Below, in pieces: positions 10,480 through 18,627 of a stretch of 64,000 nucleotides of DNA. The notes under the pieces were generated by a model. The model did no database searches. It worked only from the letters and a program-made list of their open reading frames with translations, and was not told the origin of the DNA. Every line of letters starts with the position of its first letter. The stretch's first letter is position 1. The stretch covers positions 96,001-160,000 of the forward strand of contig JALGVJ010000002.1 in the NCBI GenBank assembly GCA_029838195.1. Direction: 5' to 3'. The translations under genes were made by a program, and so were the position numbers. This DNA comes from Promethearchaeota archaeon (lineage in GTDB: Archaea > Asgardarchaeota > Lokiarchaeia > Sigyniarchaeales > SOKP01).

Positions 10480-12798
10480 TCACGTATTATATTTTTCTCG
10501 TTTTTTAATATAATTTTCAAAATGTCTTGAAAAAAGAGCGTGATTTGGAATGCGTGTTACTTCCTTTTTAAACTTTGGAAATTCTTTATTTAATAATGAA
10601 AGAATATTTTTCCAAGCCTTTTGATGTTCGGTTTTTGATCCAATTGATTTAGCCAAACAAGCCATGACATCTCTTGATTTTTGCCTCTTAAGATTCACTT
10701 GCATCACGTTAATAATTTTCTTTTTTAAATTCTTATAATCATCAGGTCTAAAACTTTCTAAAGAGAGAGCAAGAGAATCATCGGAAATCGGTATTATTTT
10801 AATGAGTTTATCTTCTTTAACATCTGCATTTGGAACTAATTCTAATTCAAAATCCTCCTTACTAATCCTTTCTAAAATGGGATATAAATCGCCCGGCGTA
10901 ATTTTAGTCTGTAATTCAATTTGAAAAGCAATATCGGAAATCGGAATGTAATAATTAGGATATTTTTCAGGATTCTCAATTCGAAAAATATATTCTTTCT
11001 TGATAATATCAAGAATTTGTTGTTTTATGGGCTCCGGAATCTTTCCTTCCTTAAAAGTGATTTTTTGGAACTTTAATTCTTTTGCTTTTTCTATTCTCTC
11101 TTCTTCTTGGAGTTTTTTTTTATAATTGGTCGAAAGGGAAGCTATAAATTGATCAGTTGCCTTATCGGCCTTTAAATCTGCCTTTAAACTCAATTCAGCA
11201 CGTCTTGGACGTGAAATGGAACGAATTAATTTGTCCGAGAGAAATTTTTGAGCTTTTTTTCGAGCAATATCTTTCTTTTCGAATTGTTCTGTGATTGAAA
11301 GAAAATCAATCATTAAAATAGACTTACCTCTTCCTTCTGATACCCGTTTTAATTCAATGTTTAAATCTTTTTGTGCGAGCCTTTTGATTAAAGATCGAAT
11401 GACTGCTTTCGATTGACGTGTTGTTTTCATTAATTGAAGTTCAATAGACTCTAAAGGAAAAGGTTCGCCTCTTCTAATATATTCATTTCTAATAAATTTA
11501 TAAATAATATCCATTGTCCTTTCCTCTTCATCTATGAGTTCTTTTTCCATTCTCAGGAACATGGATGTTTCATGAGGTTTCATGTAATAAAGTAAAAGCG
11601 TCAAACCCACAAAAATAATCATTATAATTGAGATAATATATTTATCAGCTAATAGAATTAAACCAAATCCGGAAATCTCTTGATTAGGAATATGAGTTGA
11701 TAAGGAATAGCGGGTGGTAGTTTGAGCAAAAATAGTAGATAACATGAATAAAATTAGTCCATCTTGTTTAAAGAATAAAATTTGCCATCCTAATGTTTTA
11801 CCCGTTTTATAAATCACGCGATATAAGAAAAACATGGAAACTCCGAATTCTAAAAAAAAAAAGAAGCTCGCGACACTCCCACTTGTTCCCAATACATTTT
11901 TTAGAGAATTTACGGTTTCAGGGCGTAATAACAAGTAAATCGTCAACTGCATTAGTTGGAAAAAGAATATGAAAAATACAATGAGGGAAAATGTAAAATT
12001 ATCAAAAATTCCTGCTCTACGCGTTTCTGCCCTTCTCCGAGTAAATACAAATTCTAAAGAAACAAAAATCATGGTAACAATCAAACTAAAATAGATTAGG
12101 GGCATGATGATTCTCATTTCCACATAATATACTAAAATTGCACCATGAGGATCCAAGGGAGCAAGGAAATCTAACGATAAATAGACCAGAAGAGCTCTAT
12201 AAAGCCAAGAAATAAATACCAATCCCGCTAAAATAAGAAATGGAGTAATTGTCACGATTAAATTTCTAAATACAGAATATTTTTTAATAATGCGTGCTTC
12301 AATTTCGGTTGAAAATCTCCTTGAATATATATAAAACCTACTGCTATAAATGAATAGCCAGATCATGGAAAATGTGAGTAAGAAGTAAGTTAGATTGAGT
12401 GAGGTCCCAATAACCCGTGCAAATAATAAAAAGAGAGGAATGAATATTCCAAGATACAAGCAAATTTGTTTTATTACAGTATTTTTCAGGAAAATAAATT
12501 CCCTAATTTGGTTGTTGCTATAGAGCAAAGAAAGTACTAAGTAAAAAATAATGAGGGAATTAGCAATGGCAAAGGGATTTCCAATTGTAAAAAATGATAT
12601 AATAACATTGTCGGGATTATTAATAGCAAATAATAATATAAAGGAATAAAATAGAAAGATGATATAAAGCCCTAAAAATTTTTTTTCAAAAGAAAAAGAC
12701 TTTGGAGGTTCTTGATTTTTTAAAAGTAAGGTATCTGGGAACAGAATTTTTTTTATCCTTTCCTTTAATTGACGTGGAGTAGTGTTCGTTTTTGACAT
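10480..12798 (-). CDS. Multi-pass membrane protein with large charged C-terminal soluble region, function unknown
   Basis: 772-aa ORF; about 10 TM segments in the first 410 aa. Confidence 0.7.
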   Translation of the reverse strand: MSKTNTTPRQLKERIKKILFPDTLLLKNQEPPKSFSFEKKFLGLYIIFLFYSFILLFAINNPDNVIISFFTIGNPFAIANSLIIFYLVLSLLYSNNQIREFIFLKNTVIKQICLYLGIFIPLFLLFARVIGTSLNLTYFLLTFSMIWLFIYSSRFYIYSRRFSTEIEARIIKKYSVFRNLIVTITPFLILAGLVFISWLYRALLVYLSLDFLAPLDPHGAILVYYVEMRIIMPLIYFSLIVTMIFVSLEFVFTRRRAETRRAGIFDNFTFSLIVFFIFFFQLMQLTIYLLLRPETVNSLKNVLGTSGSVASFFFFLEFGVSMFFLYRVIYKTGKTLGWQILFFKQDGLILFMLSTIFAQTTTRYSLSTHIPNQEISGFGLILLADKYIISIIMIIFVGLTLLLYYMKPHETSMFLRMEKELIDEEERTMDIIYKFIRNEYIRRGEPFPLESIELQLMKTTRQSKAVIRSLIKRLAQKDLNIELKRVSEGRGKSILMIDFLSITEQFEKKDIARKKAQKFLSDKLIRSISRPRRAELSLKADLKADKATDQFIASLSTNYKKKLQEEERIEKAKELKFQKITFKEGKIPEPIKQQILDIIKKEYIFRIENPEKYPNYYIPISDIAFQIELQTKITPGDLYPILERISKEDFELELVPNADVKEDKLIKIIPISDDSLALSLESFRPDDYKNLKKKIINVMQVNLKRQKSRDVMACLAKSIGSKTEHQKAWKNILSLLNKEFPKFKKEVTRIPNHALFSRHFENYIKKREKYNT

Positions 12799-13254
12799 TA
12801 TGTTTTTAATTCTGTTTTAAAAATTAATGCATTAATTAGTTTAAAAAATTTATGGATTAAATTTATTATGGAGAATTAAAAATTCTTATAGTTCAAATAG
12901 TAAAAAATGGTAAATTACAAAACGACAGAAAAATATTGAACATTTTCTATTAATCTGGGTCATGAATTCATGATTGTACAAAACCTTTATAGATAAAAAA
13001 ATTCATGATAAACATGATTACAAGGGCAATAAATTTAAAAAATCTAACATGTTTCTCATTTTTCTAAGATTTAGATTCCACGCTTTCATTTTGTTATGAT
13101 TTTGGATTTTATTTAATTAATATTAATTAACCTAATTTTAAAGTAAAAAAATTAATCTTAAAAAATTAAGGACAATAGAGATCATGTAGAAGATAACTTT
13201 AAAAAGATTAACATGTAAGATTTAAATATAAAACCATCATTTTTCTATATAAGA

Positions 13255-13521
13255 ATGGATAAAGAGAAAGAAAACCTTCTTGAATTCATTAAAAAAGCCA
13301 TTGAATATTTGGCAGAAAATAACATCTCAGATGTTGTTATTCTCTCCTCTTATAAAATTGCCTCTGTATTAAAAGAAAATTATGGCGTAGATATCAAAAT
13401 TGATAGAATAGGACGAGTTCTAAGCAATGTTGCTAAAAATAATCAATTAAAGCGGTTACAAACCAACATTCCTAAATATCAGTTATATAAACAAAAAATC
13501 CATACGTTGCGGTATTTCTAA
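13255..13521 (+). CDS. Small basic protein, probable winged-helix DNA-binding fold
   Basis: 88 aa; SSYKIA...IDRIGRVL helix pattern followed by a beta hairpin. Confidence 0.55.
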   Translation: MDKEKENLLEFIKKAIEYLAENNISDVVILSSYKIASVLKENYGVDIKIDRIGRVLSNVAKNNQLKRLQTNIPKYQLYKQKIHTLRYF

Positions 13522-13560
13522 CTACGACATGTAAATTAAAATAGAAAAAAGATATCGTTT

Positions 13561-14907
13561 TCATGGTTTTTCCATTTGTTTAACCAAATCAGTGAGGGTT
13601 TTCAGGAGAGATTGAAAGGTGCTAACTTGATTTCTTAACGCATTAAATTTCTCAATAAATAGCTTATTCGTATCATCTATTTCTTGTTGATATTGTCCCA
13701 TGCTGGTATTAACATCTTGTTGAATTTTTGAAAAAATATCTTCCATCTCTTCCTTTATTTGATTTAATTTGCCTCTAAACTCCTCATATTTTTTTATGAT
13801 TTCTTTTGAAACAAAACTCGATATGTCTGAAGTGTTGGATAATCTCGAATCTAACTCTCTTAACGTTTCTATCACCTTGGAATAGTTGGAATTTAAATCC
13901 TTTTCCACGGTGTCAATGATCTCTTGTTTTGTTTTCTTTATGGCTTTTTCCCATTGATGTATCATGGTTTCATGTTCATCCTTATTCTCCATCAATTTTA
14001 AGAGAAATTCATTTAATTCTTGCTTAAATTGCTCTATTATCCATCCTTCTATTTTTTTTATCCCTCTTGAAATTCGCTTTTTCATGGATTCGGTCGTTTC
14101 TTTTAAATCATCCGCACCTTTAGTTGTACCTTCTTCAATGCGTTTTAGCCACGGATTGAAATTTGATTCAAAAGAGGCCGTGATGGAATTTGAGAGGGCG
14201 TTAAATGCTAATCTCATCCCATTAGATAAAAAAGGCTTTTCTGATTCAACATCTCCTTTTTCCCCCTCAATTAAAGCTGTTTTTGGAATTTCCTGTAATT
14301 CTCTCCCTGGAATGGGCTCTATCTCTCTTAATTCTTTTATAAATCTGGTATCATTGAACTCTCGAAGTTCGATTAATTCTTTAATCCATGTAAAATATTC
14401 TAAACTATCGGGTAATTCTATTTCCACATCCATTTCATGATATTGGAATGAATCCTTAGAATTTAGCCGGTCCATGCGAAACGCTTTTAGTTCTATCTTT
14501 TTATCCTCATTAAATAAAAGCGGATTGAAAATAATACAAAATCCAGTAGGATTACTCTCATTTTGAATTAATTGATGATTAGGTAAATCACTTTCATTAA
14601 ATTTTATTTGCTCTTGTAAGGAAGTGCGATACCATCCAAGAATGGATTGGTCTTCAGGTTTATATCGCTCATTAATTCGGAGCAGCAATTTTTCCTCAAA
14701 AGCAGGAATTTCTTCTGCCATTAATTCTACATGATCAAAAGGCACGCACTCATTTATGATAATTTTTTTTCCATTTTTTTCTTGGATTCCCAAGCAAAAA
14801 CCCACTACATTATATCTCTTTTCTAAGGCAGGACTTCCAAATCTAAGGGCATGACGAATCATTTGATGAAAGGCACGCCTCGTTAGTTTTATTAAAATGT
14901 TTTCCAT
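13561..14907 (-). CDS. Inactive MPN (MPN-) domain protein with long C-terminal coiled coil
   Basis: MIRHA...NVVGFCLG...GWYRTS...FNESD...IIFNP...AFR: MPN fold lacking the catalytic Glu and both His. Confidence 0.8.
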   Translation of the reverse strand: MENILIKLTRRAFHQMIRHALRFGSPALEKRYNVVGFCLGIQEKNGKKIIINECVPFDHVELMAEEIPAFEEKLLLRINERYKPEDQSILGWYRTSLQEQIKFNESDLPNHQLIQNESNPTGFCIIFNPLLFNEDKKIELKAFRMDRLNSKDSFQYHEMDVEIELPDSLEYFTWIKELIELREFNDTRFIKELREIEPIPGRELQEIPKTALIEGEKGDVESEKPFLSNGMRLAFNALSNSITASFESNFNPWLKRIEEGTTKGADDLKETTESMKKRISRGIKKIEGWIIEQFKQELNEFLLKLMENKDEHETMIHQWEKAIKKTKQEIIDTVEKDLNSNYSKVIETLRELDSRLSNTSDISSFVSKEIIKKYEEFRGKLNQIKEEMEDIFSKIQQDVNTSMGQYQQEIDDTNKLFIEKFNALRNQVSTFQSLLKTLTDLVKQMEKP

Positions 14908-16433
14908 TATTCTTTTTTACCTTCCGCTTCTTGTTTTTTGTTCAATTCTGAAGTTAATTGTTTAATTTTTTTTTCGGATTGCGTTAACTTGTCTACTAAT
15001 CTATTCTTTTCAGCTGTTAATGTATTAATCTCCCTTTTTAATTCGCCTAGCTCTTCTTCCTGCTTACGAATAATTCCTTCATTTTTTTCTTTAATTCCTT
15101 CTATTTGAGTTATCATGTCTTTTAATATCGAATTGTGATTTTCCATTTCTCCCAACAATTCACTAGCAAGTTGTTCCATTTCCTCCCGATTAGTTTCCAT
15201 CCATTCTTGAAAATGAGTTTCCTTCGCCTTAATGTTTTCCTCAAGATTCGATTTAAACATGAAAACCTTCTCTTTTAACGGTTGAGCGTAATTTTTATCC
15301 AAATCTTCCAATTTTATTTGTTCCTCCAATTCTCTTGAAATTTTCTCTATATTATTGTAGTTGTTTTTAAAATTTTCTACCAAACCTTCGAAAGGCTCGT
15401 GAAAAGCTGCTTTAAAAATAGTATCAATTTTCGATTTGATATCATTTTTTAACAAATTCAAGTCCTCTAACAAGATTGGCTCGTGTTCTTCCAGTAGTAT
15501 TTCTTGTTCCACCCAAATGCTATCTATTCCATCTAGCCCTTCCTTTATAGAATTTTTTATCATTTTCTGAATGGAATGCAAACCCTCTCTTATCGTCCTG
15601 GCGATTTCTTCTAAATTTTCTCTCATCATGAAATTGGTCTTGATAATCCTCCTGAGTAGCTCTTGACTCCATTCATTTAAATATTCCACGAAGGGTTTTA
15701 TAAAGCCCTTTATGAGTTCATTTAACCCATTCTTTAGATGCCCCAAAAACTCCTCGTAATTTATTGAAGGACGCCTTGATTTTAATTGCTCTCGTGAGGG
15801 TATAAAAATTTCTCCAATAAAATCAGGCACTTCTTTGAGTTCCAAAATAGGAGGTTGCTTTTCATGGATTGAATTCATTAGTTCGATGAGTTTAAGGTAA
15901 TATTTTTGCGAATCCGGGACCTCTATAATCGTCTTTACCTCGTGATATTTTGAATTTACTCCCTTCGAAGGATCATCTAACCGAAATGTTCGAAAGCCTA
16001 CATCGCCCGGTTTTTCCAAATATAAATGATCGAAAACAATTCCAATCGCACTTGGATTTCCACTCTGCCACCCCAATTGATTCCTTATATCCGTTCTGGA
16101 AAAAAATATGGTGAGCTCAGGATGAGAATGATACCAACCCACTCCAAATAAATTCTGTTTCGCATATTTCATGTCGATCGCTTCAAAAACAGAATAATCC
16201 TCGGGAGAAAAAGAAACCTCAATAGAGCTTCCGTGAGAAATGGGAACAGCATCCTCCACGATTACGTTTTTTGGTGTTCCTTCCCCCTCTAATCGCCCGA
16301 TTAAAACGCCCATGACTTCTCTCAAGCGATTTTTATCGCGTGACTTGTTTCCAAAACGGAGCACGTGCATGAGCATCTTATAATATGCTTTCGGTCTAAT
16401 TATCACGATTGAGTTATCTTTCACGCTCAACAC
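14907..16433 (-). CDS. JAMM/MPN+ metalloisopeptidase (Rpn11/CSN5-like) with long C-terminal coiled coil
   Basis: KMLMH...EVMGVLIG...GWYHSHPELTIFFSRTD: complete E-xn-HxH-x7-S-x2-D motif. Confidence 0.9.
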   Translation of the reverse strand: MLSVKDNSIVIIRPKAYYKMLMHVLRFGNKSRDKNRLREVMGVLIGRLEGEGTPKNVIVEDAVPISHGSSIEVSFSPEDYSVFEAIDMKYAKQNLFGVGWYHSHPELTIFFSRTDIRNQLGWQSGNPSAIGIVFDHLYLEKPGDVGFRTFRLDDPSKGVNSKYHEVKTIIEVPDSQKYYLKLIELMNSIHEKQPPILELKEVPDFIGEIFIPSREQLKSRRPSINYEEFLGHLKNGLNELIKGFIKPFVEYLNEWSQELLRRIIKTNFMMRENLEEIARTIREGLHSIQKMIKNSIKEGLDGIDSIWVEQEILLEEHEPILLEDLNLLKNDIKSKIDTIFKAAFHEPFEGLVENFKNNYNNIEKISRELEEQIKLEDLDKNYAQPLKEKVFMFKSNLEENIKAKETHFQEWMETNREEMEQLASELLGEMENHNSILKDMITQIEGIKEKNEGIIRKQEEELGELKREINTLTAEKNRLVDKLTQSEKKIKQLTSELNKKQEAEGKKE

Positions 16434-16561
16434 TATATTCGTTGATACCTTAAATTTATTCTACAATTTTTAAATTGCTTAATAATGATATTAAAAATAT
16501 ATTTTCTAATTAAAATAAATAGAAACTAATGCTCCTTAATATTGGAATGTGTAAAACACTC

Positions 16562-17245
16562 CTAATGGGGTAATTTTTTACCACAATAAGGACAATAGAT
16601 CCAATTCAAATTTCCTCCGCAATAGGGACAAAATCTAGACCCTTTATCTTTTTCTCCTTTTTTTGCTCCAGCAGGCCCGCTACTTGGAATGAAAGGAACA
16701 GTTTCTTGATCAGAACCCGAAGGTATGGAAGGAAGCGTGCGTGAAGTCTTAGTAGCGGGAGGTGCAGGCTCCGTAAAAGGAGGTTCTTGCTCGCGAGAAA
16801 ACAATACTCTTTGCTGAAATGCTTGCCTCTTTTCTTCTTCGGTTTTAGGTTTATCTATTACCGTTCCTTGGGTCGCGGGTCTTTTTAATTCGGATTCAGG
16901 TACTTTGTCCAATTTTATATGCTTGGTCTCTGATACGGGAGCAGACATTCGCATTTTGTCTTTTTTATCTAGGGCTTGTTTCAATAAGGCTTGTACAGTC
17001 TTCATTATGCCGTATGGATTTATATTGGGGAGCGTGACAGTCCTTAGAACCCATCCAACAATGATATTCGAGTTTGGTCTGTCACCCTCCACATCTTCAT
17101 CTTTAAACACGTAAGAATCGATGATATTTTTTCCTTTTAGAATTCTACCTGCCCATTTGCCATTAATTAATCCCAATTGTAAGAGATAAGAAGTTCCGGA
17201 GATTCCTAATGCCGTAGTTAACGGCTCAAATCCTAATTCTACCAT
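16562..17245 (-). CDS. Protein with globular N-terminus, Pro-rich linker and C-terminal double CxxC zinc ribbon
   Basis: CPYCGGNLNWIYCPYCG; EPPFTEPAPPA...LPSIPS. Confidence 0.75.
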   Translation of the reverse strand: MVELGFEPLTTALGISGTSYLLQLGLINGKWAGRILKGKNIIDSYVFKDEDVEGDRPNSNIIVGWVLRTVTLPNINPYGIMKTVQALLKQALDKKDKMRMSAPVSETKHIKLDKVPESELKRPATQGTVIDKPKTEEEKRQAFQQRVLFSREQEPPFTEPAPPATKTSRTLPSIPSGSDQETVPFIPSSGPAGAKKGEKDKGSRFCPYCGGNLNWIYCPYCGKKLPH

Positions 17246-17421
17246 TTAAATCACTATTCACATTTAAGATGACATGAAATATCATGGATGAATATTACTA
17301 ATTAGATAGAAATTTTTCTATAAATAATTTTTGTCTTTTCTATGACAGAGTAAAAAAAAATAAAAACATGTTCTTTTATAATTGTTTTAAAAGTAAATAA
17401 ATATCAAAAAATGGAAACAAC

Positions 17422-18381
17422 ATGACCGTTATTATTCCTAAGGAAGTATATTTTACGATTGTTGCCGCGTGTGTTCGATTTGCCAATAAGAAGATTCCGA
17501 GAGAGCGGTGGTTAGAGGAGTGTGGAATTTTCATCGGAAAAAACGTGGGGAAAAAGAAAGACCAAGATGTGGTAATTACGGCGGCTTATCCTATCATGCA
17601 TGAAACGTATGATCCAAACGCAGTGGTCGATCGATATGTATGGTCCGATGAGGATTATATCTCTACGACGATGATTGAAGATGAGGCTTTTGCGCGAAAT
17701 GAATTCGTGGTAGGATGGTGGCATTCGCATCCGGGTTTCAAGGTAATGTTATCGGGTTTTGGGGATAGAAAAACCACGCTCTCCTATCAGAGCTTGAATC
17801 CTTTAGCCATTGCCTTGGTATTCAATCATGAGCGGTTGCTTCGTCAAATAGAGCTTCCCGGTAGGCAAGGGGATCCGGTGAAGCAATTAAAAAATGATCC
17901 TGGCTTCAAGATTTTTAGGTTAGAGGATCCTAATAATGAGAAGAGCAATACTATTGAAGTGAAGTATCGAATAGAAGGGTTTGAAAGTCCGGAACAAATG
18001 GTCTTGGAGGCTCAGAAGCTCATTATAGATATCACTAACTTTTTTCCCCCGGATAATCTCGTGGAGTTTTATAGTAATTACATTAATGGACGGATCAGTA
18101 AATTAAATTCTCAATTATTGGGCACGGAGGAATATTTGAGGACATTACTTCGTAAGGGGGAGGGACATCGCGTTTCTGAGGTATTGGAGCAGCAAAAGAA
18201 GGACATTCAAAAATACGTGGCAGAAACGTTTCTTCAGATTGAAAAAATTAAGAGTTTCATGAACTATCTCGAATATAAAGAGAGGACGAGGGTAATTCCG
18301 GCGATTGAAGATATTTTGCACCTTTGGGATGAAACCATTGGCGGCTTGGATGAAAAATTAGCGGAGCTTTCCCGGATTTAA
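17422..18381 (+). CDS. JAMM/MPN domain protein (Rpn11-like) with helical C-terminus
   Basis: EECGIFIG...GWWHSHPGFKVMLSGFGD. Confidence 0.85.
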   Translation: MTVIIPKEVYFTIVAACVRFANKKIPRERWLEECGIFIGKNVGKKKDQDVVITAAYPIMHETYDPNAVVDRYVWSDEDYISTTMIEDEAFARNEFVVGWWHSHPGFKVMLSGFGDRKTTLSYQSLNPLAIALVFNHERLLRQIELPGRQGDPVKQLKNDPGFKIFRLEDPNNEKSNTIEVKYRIEGFESPEQMVLEAQKLIIDITNFFPPDNLVEFYSNYINGRISKLNSQLLGTEEYLRTLLRKGEGHRVSEVLEQQKKDIQKYVAETFLQIEKIKSFMNYLEYKERTRVIPAIEDILHLWDETIGGLDEKLAELSRI

Positions 18382-18627
18382 AAATTTTTTTTAAGAAAAA
18401 CATGGGATCCGTGTTTAAATTTAAATTTTTTCAGTGTAATGCATGTTTTCGCAAGTGATTAAGCGGATTTTCAAGGAAAAAGTTTACCTTTCCCTAATTT
18501 TAATAGTATTGAATCATACAAAATCTTTTTTTGCTTTCTAAGTTTTTATGGGAAAAAGGTTTAACATAAATTAATTTTCAAAAAATTGGATTAAAGAAGA
18601 TAAGCAATAACTCAATATAGCATTAAG

